Shown one piece after another: positions 27,281-37,387 of a stretch of 64,000 bases of DNA. Under the pieces are notes generated by a model. That model searched no databases, was not told the origin of the DNA, and was given only the letters and a program-made list of their open reading frames with translations. The DNA comes from Candidatus Micrarchaeota archaeon (lineage in GTDB: Archaea; Micrarchaeota; Micrarchaeia; Micrarchaeales; CABMGC01): positions 117,630-181,629 of the forward strand of contig DAHVMJ010000001.1 in NCBI GenBank assembly GCA_027319905.1, written 5' to 3'. The position numbers and the translations under genes are program-made. Numbering within the stretch: position 1 is the first letter of the stretch; each line of letters starts with the position of its first letter.

Positions 27281-29269
27281 ATGGGAGCCGTAAAATACCT
27301 CGAACGGAAGGTAGGCGATGCTGTAGACAGCGCCAAAGAGCACGTGGTCGGTGGCGCTTACACAATCAAGGACACAGTTCTTTCTGAGGTAGGGACGAAG
27401 GGGCTGCTTACTGCGTTTTACACGAGCATAACTGCAATCGATGCAAACATCGCAATTCAGGAACTGCCCAAAGGTGACTATTTGGCCGGAGGGTTTGCTG
27501 TAGGTACGGGATTGGTGATGGGCTACGGCACCGTTCATTGGGCAAGAAAGACGTTGCCCGCGGTCAGGCAGGCGTGGCAGAGGAGAAGTATCAGAGCACA
27601 GCTTCAGGCGGGCGAAGAAACAGTGACAACCCAGACCGCAGAGCAGAAGGTGCAGATGCCAGAGGTAATAGCTCAACCAATGAAGACCGAGATGCTGCCA
27701 ACCACAATAACCACGAAGTGGACCGATGACTGGGGCAAGAAAGAGGCAATGCGCGAACTAATGCAGAACATAATGGACGAGTACGTGGCGGGCAACGCGA
27801 CCCAGATCGGAGTGGAAGAGAAGAACGGCGACCTCTACATATACAATGTAGGCAAGGCCGCGAACCCTGCAGACCTCATCTTCCTCGGAGAGGGAACAAA
27901 GAGAGAAGAGAAGGACATGGGCGGCGTTTTCGGATCAGGAACAAAGAAGGCGGCTGCCGTGTTCGTAAGATTGGGCATACCGATCGAGATACTTACTGGA
28001 ACGTTTAGGATAACTCCGCAGATCACTAAGGACAGCATCACAGGAACGGAGGCGATAGCCTACAAGATCGATGAGTTCGACAAGCAGGTGTTTGACGGGG
28101 TCTGCTGCATAATAAAAGGCGAGGGCGGTGAGGCCGAGAATGCCAAGAGGATAATCGTGGGTCTCTCACACAAGGACACCGTGGTGAAGCTTCCTGCTAC
28201 AGGTTCCTCAAGGCTTTTCGACAGGATGATGGTGGAAAACGGCGGCGCAAAGCTGTACATACGGGGCATAGAGTTCACCGACCTTCACTCAAGCAGCAGC
28301 CTATACAAAGGGCACTTCAGCTACGACCTGAACGGCGAACTTCCTGGCGGAAGGGACCTTATGACTGGCGAGGACAGGATCGCGCCGGAATGGCAGAACG
28401 TTCTTACTGGAGTTGGCCGACTGATAGCCGTGGTGCAGGACGTTAACACGGCAGAACTTATGCTGAGCTATGCGATCAAAGATGAGAGGTCGCTCGAACA
28501 CGAGGCCGATTTCGATGCCGCAGACATGAAGCTGGTTAACAAGAAGATCTGGGTCGAGGCCGCCGAGAAACTCGCCGGAGGGCCGTGCTACATGCTTTCA
28601 AGCCTGATAAACGCAAAGGACGCGAAGTACGGCATCTCTAGCCGCAAGCCCCTCTATTTCAACAATCCTGAGTGGACAAAGTTCCTTCACAACGCAGGCC
28701 TACGCTTCGATTACGAGGTGGCACAGAACGTAAGCGAAGAGGTTCAGAGGACCACTGTCCCATTTGATGAACTACCTGATAATGTGAAGAAGACCTTCAA
28801 GGCGGTACAGAAGGTGTTCGCTGACCATGGAATCGACCTGAAGCCTGCTAACGAGCAGAACGGGAACGGCACTTCTCACCTTGATCCCGTGCTCAGGCTT
28901 GTTGCAAGAGCGTCTTCCGGCGTATCGCCTCATATATACAAGGCGATGAGAAGTCTCGTCTCTGGCAACCAGATAAACGTGGAATTTGTTACTGAGATAA
29001 AGCAGGAAGACAAGGATGCTATAGACACGGAGGGAATGGCGCTGCAGCCAGACACGATACTGATAAGGCTCGACGAGGATACGGAAAAGTTCCAGCACAT
29101 GTACAGCGTCGCACTGCACGAGGTCGTCCACTTGGTCTCGGGCCTCTTCGATGGCAACCCCAACTTCGGCGCAGAACTTACGTGGAACTTCGAAAAGCAG
29201 ATGCCCGAAGCGGCAGCGAAGATGTACGCGCTGAAGAGGAAGAAACTGCCCCCAAAGAGGACAGCCTGA
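27281..29269 (+). CDS. Hypothetical GHKL ATPase fused to a C-terminal HExxH zincin-like domain, with N-terminal hydrophobic segment
   Basis: EAMRELMQNIMDE (N-box), LGEGTK, GVFGSGTK (G-boxes), ALHEVVH. Confidence 0.7.
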   Translation: MGAVKYLERKVGDAVDSAKEHVVGGAYTIKDTVLSEVGTKGLLTAFYTSITAIDANIAIQELPKGDYLAGGFAVGTGLVMGYGTVHWARKTLPAVRQAWQRRSIRAQLQAGEETVTTQTAEQKVQMPEVIAQPMKTEMLPTTITTKWTDDWGKKEAMRELMQNIMDEYVAGNATQIGVEEKNGDLYIYNVGKAANPADLIFLGEGTKREEKDMGGVFGSGTKKAAAVFVRLGIPIEILTGTFRITPQITKDSITGTEAIAYKIDEFDKQVFDGVCCIIKGEGGEAENAKRIIVGLSHKDTVVKLPATGSSRLFDRMMVENGGAKLYIRGIEFTDLHSSSSLYKGHFSYDLNGELPGGRDLMTGEDRIAPEWQNVLTGVGRLIAVVQDVNTAELMLSYAIKDERSLEHEADFDAADMKLVNKKIWVEAAEKLAGGPCYMLSSLINAKDAKYGISSRKPLYFNNPEWTKFLHNAGLRFDYEVAQNVSEEVQRTTVPFDELPDNVKKTFKAVQKVFADHGIDLKPANEQNGNGTSHLDPVLRLVARASSGVSPHIYKAMRSLVSGNQINVEFVTEIKQEDKDAIDTEGMALQPDTILIRLDEDTEKFQHMYSVALHEVVHLVSGLFDGNPNFGAELTWNFEKQMPEAAAKMYALKRKKLPPKRTA

Positions 29270-29305
29270 TATAGCAATAAATACTTCGCCGAACAAACCA
29301 AGACT

Positions 29306-30463
29306 ATGTCAGAGCTCGGTAACAAGACGGTAGCGAATCTCATAAAAAATTACTACGGCAGAGCTACGAATCTGGCTCCAGACAGAGTAGAGGAGAGGGA
29401 ATTCGGCTTCGGCAGCTTCACAAGCAGGATAGCTGTGAGGCATGCGTCATTCAGAGGCGAGAACGAACTGCACGCTTACCTTGTAGAGACCGCACCGCTG
29501 CACGTAGACTACTCCGCTGCCTACTACAGGAACCCAGAGGCGCCAATGGAGAAGAAGGAGTGGTTGGGCTCGGAGCTGAGGTTCGACATAGACGCCGGCG
29601 ACATAGTGAAGCTACCCTGCAGGCTGGAGCACGGCAAAGAATGGGCTTGCGACAGGTGCCTCGCCGCAGCGAAAGACGAGGTTATCAAGCTAATCGAGAA
29701 CTTCCTTGTTCCAGACTTCGGCTTCTCAGAGAAGGAACTCGCGATAAACTTCAGCGGCGGCCGCGGATATCACGTGCACATCAGGAAGGAGAGCGTGCTG
29801 GCGCTGGGCAAATCGGCCAGGGAGGAGATAAGCAACTATATCTTCGGCAATGAGCCGGCTTATGACGCCTTCTTCTACACAGTGAGAATCGACGCAAGAC
29901 ACGAAAAGCAGATGGGCCCCGCCCCAAACGATGGCGGTTGGCGCGGTAAGGTAGCAAAGGCATTTCTCCAGGCGGCGCACAGCAAGGAAGACCTCACCTC
30001 CCTCGGCATAGACAAAACAACAGCATCTTGGATCTTCAAGAACGTGGCCAGCGTGCGCGAAGAGATAAGCAAGGGTAACTGGGACTTCGTGCGCATACCG
30101 AACAGGGAAAGCGTTTTTGAGAACCTGCTGAGCAGGCAGGTGATCAATCAGGGCAACAGGATAGACAAAGGCGTGACCAATGACCCCTCTCACCTCATGC
30201 GCCTGCCCAACAGCATACATGGCGGCACAGGACTCATAGCAAAGAAGGTGCCTTCTATTGCCGCCCTCGAGATATTCGACCCCATGAAAGGCGCCGTCGC
30301 ATTCAAGGAAGGGGAACTCAGAGTAAGGGCGGATTCCAGGTACAAACTTGTGATAAGCGGAGCGGAGTTCGGGCCCTACAAGAACGAAGAAAAGACGCTG
30401 CCAACATACGCGGCAACCTATTTGTATTTAAAGGGGTTGGCAGATATAATTAGCAGCAAGTGA
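29306..30463 (+). CDS. priS: DNA primase small (catalytic) subunit
   Basis: EREFGF, ELRFDID, FSGGRGYH, RLPNSIH. Confidence 0.96.
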   Translation: MSELGNKTVANLIKNYYGRATNLAPDRVEEREFGFGSFTSRIAVRHASFRGENELHAYLVETAPLHVDYSAAYYRNPEAPMEKKEWLGSELRFDIDAGDIVKLPCRLEHGKEWACDRCLAAAKDEVIKLIENFLVPDFGFSEKELAINFSGGRGYHVHIRKESVLALGKSAREEISNYIFGNEPAYDAFFYTVRIDARHEKQMGPAPNDGGWRGKVAKAFLQAAHSKEDLTSLGIDKTTASWIFKNVASVREEISKGNWDFVRIPNRESVFENLLSRQVINQGNRIDKGVTNDPSHLMRLPNSIHGGTGLIAKKVPSIAALEIFDPMKGAVAFKEGELRVRADSRYKLVISGAEFGPYKNEEKTLPTYAATYLYLKGLADIISSK

Positions 30464-30497
30464 TGCTCAGTAGCAACACTCGTCCTTCAGTGGAAAA

Positions 30498-31073
30498 ATG
30501 AACGCCTACAAGTACATAAACAAGTCATTCCAGAGCGACTACAGCGCGAGATCGCAACTGCTAAAGCAGCGCATAGTGGCGTGGCGCAAGGAATCGCCAG
30601 TGCAGCGTGTTGAAAAACCCACAAATGTGGCGAGGGCAAGATCTCTCGGTTACAAGGACAAGCAGGGGGTCGTCATAGCAAGAGTGCGAGTTGACAGGGG
30701 TCTGAGCAAGAGGAGAAAGATACAGGCAGGCAGGAAACCCTCAAAGTCGGGGAGGTTCTACGCATTCAGGAAGTCACTGCAGGCGCGGGCTGAGGAGCGA
30801 GCCTCCAACAGGTTCTCCAACTGCGAGGTGCTCAACTCATACTTTGTCGGCGAGGACGGCAACTACAAGTTCTTCGAGGTCATAATGCTGGACAGGACGC
30901 ACCCCGCGATACTCAACGATCCGAACTACACCGGCGTGATAGCGCAGAGGGCTCGCGCTGTACGCGGCCTAACAAGCGCGGGCAGGAAGTTCAGGGGCCT
31001 GGTGAAGAAAGGATTCGGAACGAACAGGAACAGGCCCAGCCTGACTCAGGGCATGAGCAGGCGCAGCGAATAG
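30498..31073 (+). CDS. rpl15e: 50S ribosomal protein L15e
   Basis: ARSLGYK.KQG, EVLNSY, RGLTSAG. Confidence 0.97.
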   Translation: MNAYKYINKSFQSDYSARSQLLKQRIVAWRKESPVQRVEKPTNVARARSLGYKDKQGVVIARVRVDRGLSKRRKIQAGRKPSKSGRFYAFRKSLQARAEERASNRFSNCEVLNSYFVGEDGNYKFFEVIMLDRTHPAILNDPNYTGVIAQRARAVRGLTSAGRKFRGLVKKGFGTNRNRPSLTQGMSRRSE

Positions 31074-31102
31074 CTATTAAATCCCGCTTCGCTATACTTC
31101 AC

Positions 31103-31537
31103 ATGGCCTTGCCAAGAACAAAACTATTAGAGGAAGAGCGGAAGGTCTTGGAGACCTTCACTCAAGACGCTCACTGGTTCGAAGATCATTGGAAAGAGCT
31201 CAGGAAGAAATACGGCGGCGACTTTCTGGCCGTAAAGGAGAAGAGGGTAATAGCGCACGACGCCAGCCTGGAAAAGCTCATAAACAAACTCAAGGCCAGC
31301 GGAGAGAAGCCCGCAAATCTTTTCATAGAGTCCACGTACCGCCCCAAGGGCGACATCATCCTCACGCTGCCGCAGCAACACTGGCAGAGGGAGCTTCTCC
31401 TGGACATAAGACGGCAGGGCGAATCAGAGCTGGAGGAGATGGTAACCGGGTCTCCTGGCAAGTGGGAATACACTCCAGCGGCAAAAAAGTACTTTCTTGA
31501 AGGCAAGCCGCTGCTGACCAGACCGAAAAGGCACTAG
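31103..31537 (+). CDS. DUF5678-like small protein
   Basis: WFEDHWKELRKKYGGDFLAVKEKRVIAHD pattern. Confidence 0.6.
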   Translation: MALPRTKLLEEERKVLETFTQDAHWFEDHWKELRKKYGGDFLAVKEKRVIAHDASLEKLINKLKASGEKPANLFIESTYRPKGDIILTLPQQHWQRELLLDIRRQGESELEEMVTGSPGKWEYTPAAKKYFLEGKPLLTRPKRH

Positions 31538-31546
31538 GCGCATCTT

Positions 31547-31786
31547 ATGCCGAATGCCACATTGAAACTCAGGCTCGGTCCCAAGGCCAAGGACTACATC
31601 AAGATAGTGGGCAAAGGAGAAAAGTACAAGAGAGGCAGCATCTCATTCAGGGCCACTAAGGACAGTGTGGAGATCGGCGTCGAGGCCGATGACGCCACCG
31701 CCCTTCTTGCTTCAGTTTCCAGTGCAGTGAAACAGCTCAGGATCGTGAGCAGCGTTGACTCATTGCTTAATAGAAAGAAAGCATAG
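31547..31786 (+). CDS. pcc1: KEOPS complex subunit Pcc1
   Basis: 79 aa, IGVEADDATALLASVSS..KQL; usual position after rpl15e. Confidence 0.7.
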   Translation: MPNATLKLRLGPKAKDYIKIVGKGEKYKRGSISFRATKDSVEIGVEADDATALLASVSSAVKQLRIVSSVDSLLNRKKA

Positions 31787-31840
31787 CACCAAGCGACCTG
31801 GACGCTACCGTTTTAATACCTTCATTCCATCTAATGCCCG

Positions 31841-32305
31841 ATGGGAAGGGGATCGCTGAAAACCCCGAACGGGTTCAGGTACGCCGCAAACACCTACGCC
31901 AACATCACGGACGGCAGCATGCCAGCCATACTGCTGAAGAGTTTTGTTTTCGAGGGCAGAGAGTGGAGGACACACCCTGACGGCGTCACGGAATCTTTAT
32001 CTATAAAGAACCTGATTCGGAGAGACGACAAGGCACTTTCCTCGCTCAGGCAGCTGGACGTTCTCTCAGTTTCGGATGGGGAGAAACTCAAGTTTGCAGC
32101 GGTATCGAGCCAGATGGTAGGCGAGAACAGATGGAACTGCCACCTGATTGGAGACCGGCTCTGCCTGTCGCTGGACGAGGCCGAAGCTCTGGTCTCGCTG
32201 GAGAAGGAGAAGATCGAGGCCAAGGGAGGCGACACAGAGATAGAGAGGCAGTTTTTTGACAGCACTAGGCGTTTCCTCAGGGACGCCTCAGGAGCTGGGC
32301 TCTAG
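31841..32305 (+). CDS. Hypothetical protein
   Basis: 154-aa ORF with upstream TATA-like TTTTAATA; no recognised motif. Confidence 0.6.
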   Translation: MGRGSLKTPNGFRYAANTYANITDGSMPAILLKSFVFEGREWRTHPDGVTESLSIKNLIRRDDKALSSLRQLDVLSVSDGEKLKFAAVSSQMVGENRWNCHLIGDRLCLSLDEAEALVSLEKEKIEAKGGDTEIERQFFDSTRRFLRDASGAGL

Positions 32306-32413
32306 CTTTACTTCCGCTAAACGACAACACTTTTATAAACCTAAATCGCCAATTAGATTAGCTGTTTTTCGGCGTTGACAGCATAACTGTGCTACTTTTC
32401 CAAGTGCATAGGC

Positions 32414-33379
32414 ATGAGTCATAAGGGTTCGCTAGAATTTTGGCCCCACAGAAGGGCGCAGAGGCTACTTCCAAGAGTGAGGAACTGGCCCGCACCGAGC
32501 GAGCCCGCAGTCCTCTCGCTCCTCGCCTTCAAGGCAGGCATGACGCACGTTGGCATAATAGATGATTCAAACTCGCCGTCGAAAGGGCAGGAGGTAGCAA
32601 GAGCAGCCACGATACTTGTGCTGCCGAAGATGTTCGTCTACGGGTTGAGATTCTACAAGAAAGGCTACCTCTACACGCATGCCGTAAACGAGGTACACGA
32701 TGCGGCGATGGCACAGAAAATAGGGGTCAAAAATACGAAGCGCACAAATCTCGAAGAGGCAAAGAAGAAAACAGGAGAGTATGCGAATGTTGTTGCGCTC
32801 GCGTTTGCCGACCCAGGCGCCCTCAAGATAAGAATCAAGAAGACGCTGCGCTTCGAGATTCCTGTTGGAGGAAAAGACGTAGCAAGCAAACTCACCTTCG
32901 CCGAGAAGCTGCTCGGCAAAGAGTTGAAAATAAGCGACGTACTCAACAGCGGAGACATAATAGACGTCACCTCTGTGTCAAAAGGCAAGGGATGGGAGGG
33001 ACCTGTCCACAGGTTCCACGTGGCAAAGCTGTACCACAAGTCAACCGGCAAGACCAGGCACGTGGGCAGCCTCGGAGCGTGGCATCCTGCCAAGGTCCTT
33101 TTCTCGGTACCTCAGGCGGGTCATTTGGGGTTCAACTACAGAACAGAGTTGAACAAACGCATACTCAAAGTGGGAACCGCGCAGGACGCCAGTTCCGTGA
33201 CCCCGGCCGGAGGTTTCCTGAGATTCGGCAATGTCAACAACGACTATATACTCATAGACGGTTCTGTTCCAGGACCAGCGAAGAGGCTGGTCAGGATAAG
33301 GAAAGCGCTGCGTTCGGGCAAGAAGGCAATGGTGCCCAAGATAACCTACATATCGTTGGAGTCGAAGCAGGGTGCATGA
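32414..33379 (+). CDS. rpl3: 50S ribosomal protein L3
   Basis: GSLEFWPHRRA, KAGMTH, KGKGWEGPV. Confidence 0.98.
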   Translation: MSHKGSLEFWPHRRAQRLLPRVRNWPAPSEPAVLSLLAFKAGMTHVGIIDDSNSPSKGQEVARAATILVLPKMFVYGLRFYKKGYLYTHAVNEVHDAAMAQKIGVKNTKRTNLEEAKKKTGEYANVVALAFADPGALKIRIKKTLRFEIPVGGKDVASKLTFAEKLLGKELKISDVLNSGDIIDVTSVSKGKGWEGPVHRFHVAKLYHKSTGKTRHVGSLGAWHPAKVLFSVPQAGHLGFNYRTELNKRILKVGTAQDASSVTPAGGFLRFGNVNNDYILIDGSVPGPAKRLVRIRKALRSGKKAMVPKITYISLESKQGA

Positions 33380-33380
33380 G

Positions 33381-34190
33381 ATGGAAGTCAACGTTTATCA
33401 GACCGATGGGAAGGTAGAAAAGAAGATAGCCCTGCCAGAGGTATTCAACGCCGCGTTCAACGAGGACATAGTGAGGCGCGCGCTGCTGGCGGAGCAAAGC
33501 GCGCACTACCAACCGCAAGGCCATTATCTTCTTGCCGGAATGGACACATCAGCGTCATACACCGGCAGGTACGGAACCTACAGGACGCAGAGGCACACGG
33601 GGCTTTCGCCCAGGCCCAGACAGAGGCTTGCGAAGGGAGGCATGGGCCAGGTAAGGAAGATACCGTCGTCTGTCAAGGGAAGACGCGCGCATCCTCACAA
33701 GGTTGAGAAGATAATAGTGGAGAAGATAAACAGGAAGGAATATGCAAAGGCGCTTGGCGTAGCCGTCGCGGCCACAGCGAACGCGCCGCTTATAAAGAAG
33801 AACCACTCTTTCGACAGGGAGCCGTTCCCGATAGTCGTCTCAAACCAGATAGAAAAGATAGCGAAGACAAAAGAGCTGAACAGGGTGCTTGGCGCGCTTG
33901 GTCTCTCAAATGACATAGCGAGATCTCACTCGCCTCGGACCAATGACGGCGCGCGAAGGAGAAGCAGGAAGAGGTACTTCAGGAGCAGCGTGCTCATCAT
34001 AGCAAAAGACGCGAAAACCGTGGAGAAAGCAGGCAGGAACATACCAGGCGTTGACGTGCTGGGCGTGGACAGACTAAGAATAGAGAAGCTGGCTCCGGGG
34101 GCAAAGCCCAGGCTTACGCTCTGGTCAGAGGCGGCGCTCCAAGACATCAAGAGCGGTATAGAGAAGTCAACGGCAAGTTACAAACAGTGA
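33381..34190 (+). CDS. rpl4: 50S ribosomal protein L4
   Basis: GRRAHP, EKINRKE, RNIPGVD, LAPG. Confidence 0.97.
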   Translation: MEVNVYQTDGKVEKKIALPEVFNAAFNEDIVRRALLAEQSAHYQPQGHYLLAGMDTSASYTGRYGTYRTQRHTGLSPRPRQRLAKGGMGQVRKIPSSVKGRRAHPHKVEKIIVEKINRKEYAKALGVAVAATANAPLIKKNHSFDREPFPIVVSNQIEKIAKTKELNRVLGALGLSNDIARSHSPRTNDGARRRSRKRYFRSSVLIIAKDAKTVEKAGRNIPGVDVLGVDRLRIEKLAPGAKPRLTLWSEAALQDIKSGIEKSTASYKQ

Positions 34191-34194
34191 TAAG

Positions 34195-34446
34195 ATGAAT
34201 GCGCTCATGTATCCAATAGCCACCGAGAAAGCGATCAACATGATAGAGAGGAATAACATTGTCACCTACATGGTGGATATGAGGTCCACGAAACCTCAGA
34301 TAAAGAAGGAGTTCGAGGAGATGTTCAAGGTAAAGGTAGAAAGCGTGAACGTCGCGATAGAGCCGAGGAACAGGAAGAGGGCTTATATCAGGCTCAACGG
34401 CCAGTTCAAGGCGAGCGACATAGCGCTCAAGCTAAAGCTAGTGTGA
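34195..34446 (+). CDS. rpl23: 50S ribosomal protein L23
   Basis: PIATEKA, KRAYIRL; operon order. Confidence 0.97.
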   Translation: MNALMYPIATEKAINMIERNNIVTYMVDMRSTKPQIKKEFEEMFKVKVESVNVAIEPRNRKRAYIRLNGQFKASDIALKLKLV

Positions 34447-34455
34447 CGTGAGATA

Positions 34456-35175
34456 ATGGGAAAGAATCTACATCAGCAGAGAAGGGGAAGAGGCACAAAC
34501 GCGTTCAGGAAGCCTCCCAATACCTTCAAGGCGGATGTTGTGCTCCCCAGCAGGAAGACCGATGCGAAGATGACTGGAGAGGTACTTGAGCTCATCGACG
34601 ATCCTGGCCACCGCGCACCACTAATGCGCGTGGTCTACGAGGATAACAGCGAGACCATATTCATAGCACCCGAAGGCATACGTGTCGGATCAAGGATACA
34701 GGAGGGCAGGGGAGCAGAGGTCTCGCTAGGCAGCATACTCAAGCTCGACACGATACCAGACGGCACCCCGGTCTACAACATCGAGGTCTCTCCGGGAGAC
34801 GGAGGCAAGCTTGCAAGGTCTGCCGGAGCATACGCGACAGTGGTTTCGCACGCCACTAATACGGTCAGCGTGCTAATGCCTTCTAAGAAGGTCGTGGACA
34901 TCAGCTCGATGTGCAGGGCGCAGGTCGGCGCCGTCGCTGGCGGCGGTGCGGATGCACAGCCTATATTGCGCGCTGGCAAAAGTCATCACATGCATCACGC
35001 GATCAACGCTTCCTGGCCCCGCAACCGTGGGGTGAAGTCAAACCCTGTAGACCACCCGTTCGGTGGCAAGCAGCACCACAAGGGCGCGTCTAGCATGGTG
35101 TCGCGCAACGCTCCGCCTGGGGCCAAGGTGGGCCACATCGCAGCGAGAAGGGTCGGCAGGAAGAAGAGGAGCTGA
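34456..35175 (+). CDS. rpl2: 50S ribosomal protein L2
   Basis: QRRGRG, DPGHRAP, NPVDHPFGG. Confidence 0.98.
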   Translation: MGKNLHQQRRGRGTNAFRKPPNTFKADVVLPSRKTDAKMTGEVLELIDDPGHRAPLMRVVYEDNSETIFIAPEGIRVGSRIQEGRGAEVSLGSILKLDTIPDGTPVYNIEVSPGDGGKLARSAGAYATVVSHATNTVSVLMPSKKVVDISSMCRAQVGAVAGGGADAQPILRAGKSHHMHHAINASWPRNRGVKSNPVDHPFGGKQHHKGASSMVSRNAPPGAKVGHIAARRVGRKKRS

Positions 35176-35177
35176 TA

Positions 35178-35564
35178 ATGCCCAGAACGTTTAGCTTTAG
35201 AGGAAAAAGCCTGGAAGAACTCCAGAGGATGAGCGTGGAGGATTACTCCAGGCTCGTAACCGCCCGACAGAGGCGTGCGATAAAGCGCATGAGCCTGGGC
35301 TATAAGCAGCTGCTGGAGAAGATAGAAAAATCCAGAAAGAACGGCAAGCTGGTAAAGACGCAGCTGCGCGAGGCGGTCATACTGCCGAGCTGGGTGGGGC
35401 TGAAGTTCGGAGTGCATAACGGCAAGGAGTTCAAGGAAATGACAATAACAGCGGAGATGCTCGGGCACAGGCTCGGCGAGTTCGCGTTCTCAACAAAGAG
35501 AGTGGTGCATTCCGCACCAGGAATCAGGGCAACGAGAGGAAGCAAGTTCCTTGCGGTGAAGTGA
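35178..35564 (+). CDS. rps19: 30S ribosomal protein S19
   Basis: FRGKSLEEL, EMLGHRLGEF. Confidence 0.98.
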   Translation: MPRTFSFRGKSLEELQRMSVEDYSRLVTARQRRAIKRMSLGYKQLLEKIEKSRKNGKLVKTQLREAVILPSWVGLKFGVHNGKEFKEMTITAEMLGHRLGEFAFSTKRVVHSAPGIRATRGSKFLAVK

Positions 35565-36208
35565 TGAGGTACTCGATCAACATAGCAAAGGACCAGATGG
35601 GCGTAGCATACGGCTACGACATCGACGCCAGCTACAAGGACCTCTGCGCCGTCTGCGATGCGATAAGATACCTCAACACCGGCAACGCGATGGACGTGAT
35701 AGAAGGCATAGTCACGCTGCGCAGACCCATACTCTTCAACAGGTTCAATAAGCACATGGGATCCAGGCACGAACTCGGAGGCAGAAAAGGAGCGTTTCCT
35801 ATCAAGGCAGCGAAGATCGTAAGGCAGATATTGCTCAACGCAATCGCGAATTCAAAGAACAAGGGCCTTGATGATGGCGCGTTGTATGTAGTGCACGCTT
35901 CTGCGAACAAGACGAACATAGCCAGGAGGTTGCCATCCAAGGGATCGCTCTCTTGGGGAAGGGGCATGTACGGCATGTCGGCAAGGACGCACAGCGACAT
36001 AGAGTACGCGAAGGTGGAGATAGGTCTGGCGAATTCAGATGCAGGGTCGCTTACGGATAACATGAAACACATGATCAAGGCCAGGAATCCTGTCCGCGCG
36101 CAGAAGTCCAAACCGGTTCAGAAGCAGCAAAAGGCGTCTCCAAAGGCCGGAGCAAAACCTGCAGAGAAGCAGATTACGGCCAGAGCAGAAGCCGCAGGGA
36201 AAAAGTGA
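35561..36208 (+). CDS. rpl22: 50S ribosomal protein L22
   Basis: GAFPIKAA, NAIANSKNKGLD; Lys/Ala-rich C-terminal tail. Confidence 0.95.
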   Translation: MMRYSINIAKDQMGVAYGYDIDASYKDLCAVCDAIRYLNTGNAMDVIEGIVTLRRPILFNRFNKHMGSRHELGGRKGAFPIKAAKIVRQILLNAIANSKNKGLDDGALYVVHASANKTNIARRLPSKGSLSWGRGMYGMSARTHSDIEYAKVEIGLANSDAGSLTDNMKHMIKARNPVRAQKSKPVQKQQKASPKAGAKPAEKQITARAEAAGKK

Positions 36209-36221
36209 TGAGAGAGATGGC

Positions 36222-36848
36222 ATGGTAGTTGAGAGGAAGTTCATTGAGGATGCGATGGTCAAGCACGAGATAACAAAGTATCTAGAGAAGACGCTCAGCA
36301 GAGCAGGCTTCTCAAGGGTGGAGATACAGAAGACGCCTGTGATAACGAGGATAACCGCCTACGTGACCAACCCCGGAAGAGTGATAGGCCGCGGCGGCTC
36401 AACAATCGACGCTATAACCCTTGACATAAAGACCAAGTTCAAGATAGACAACCCGCAGATCAGTGTTGCGGAGGTAAAGAACGAGCTTCTTGAACCGAGG
36501 CTGGTGGCAAGGCACATCGCAAACGCCCTCGAAAGAGGTGCAAACGCGAGGAGCCTCTTGCACTCGGCGCTCAGAACGATCATGGAGAACGGCGCGCTTG
36601 GAGCAGAGATAATTGCTACCGGAAAACTAGCGGCGAAGGGTGCCAAGGCCAAGCAGATAAAGGTCAGGTTTGGCTACATACCAAAGGCGGGCAACTCTGT
36701 GAAGCTTGTAGACACAGCGCACGTCACCTCATATCCCAAATACGGCGCAATAGGCATACAGGTGATGATAGTCCAACCAGGCACGCAGTTCCCAGACAGG
36801 CAGATAAAGAAGATGGAACTGCCGAAGAGCCTGGAAGGAGCGAAGTAA
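36222..36848 (+). CDS. rps3: 30S ribosomal protein S3
   Basis: KH domain PGRVIGRGG, GALGAEI. Confidence 0.97.
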   Translation: MVVERKFIEDAMVKHEITKYLEKTLSRAGFSRVEIQKTPVITRITAYVTNPGRVIGRGGSTIDAITLDIKTKFKIDNPQISVAEVKNELLEPRLVARHIANALERGANARSLLHSALRTIMENGALGAEIIATGKLAAKGAKAKQIKVRFGYIPKAGNSVKLVDTAHVTSYPKYGAIGIQVMIVQPGTQFPDRQIKKMELPKSLEGAK

Positions 36849-36880
36849 TAAATATAAGGAAATGCATAATAGGTATCAGA

Positions 36881-37078
36881 ATGCGCATAAAAGAACTAAG
36901 GGCGATGAGCGTAGACATGCTAAAGAACAGGCTTCAGCAACTGACCCTCGATTTGTCAATAGAGAAGAGAAAGATAGCAGCTACAGGTGTGCAGAGCAAG
37001 AAGGTAAAGATAAGGGAAATAAAGAGGACGAAGGCGCAGATTCTGACGCTGCTAAAGGAGAAGGGTGTTGTTAACTAA
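36881..37078 (+). CDS. rpl29: 50S ribosomal protein L29
   Basis: MRIKELRAMS...IREIKRTKAQILT. Confidence 0.93.
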   Translation: MRIKELRAMSVDMLKNRLQQLTLDLSIEKRKIAATGVQSKKVKIREIKRTKAQILTLLKEKGVVN

Positions 37079-37386
37079 TGCCTGAGATGTGCCCTAGGTG
37101 CGGTCTGCCCAAGGAAATCTGCGTCTGCGAGATACTAGACAGAGAAGCCACGAAGCGCATAAAGATCTACAAGGCCAAGGCCAAGTTCCGCAAGTTCGTC
37201 ACTATAGTGGAAGGGCTTGCTGGGGAAGAGCTCGACAAGACGACGAAGGAACTCAAATCAAAGCTCGCATGTGGTGGCACGCATAAGAACGGCGTCATAG
37301 AGCTGCAGGGTGAACACATAGCAGAGGCGAAGAAGGAACTCGTCACTCTGGGCTTTCCGGAAAGCAGCATCGATGCGGCGAGCTGA
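37078..37386 (+). CDS. Translation initiation factor aIF1 (SUI1)
   Basis: CPRCGLPKEICVC, LKSKLACGGT, IELQGEH. Confidence 0.96.
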   Translation: MPEMCPRCGLPKEICVCEILDREATKRIKIYKAKAKFRKFVTIVEGLAGEELDKTTKELKSKLACGGTHKNGVIELQGEHIAEAKKELVTLGFPESSIDAAS

Positions 37387-37387
37387 T

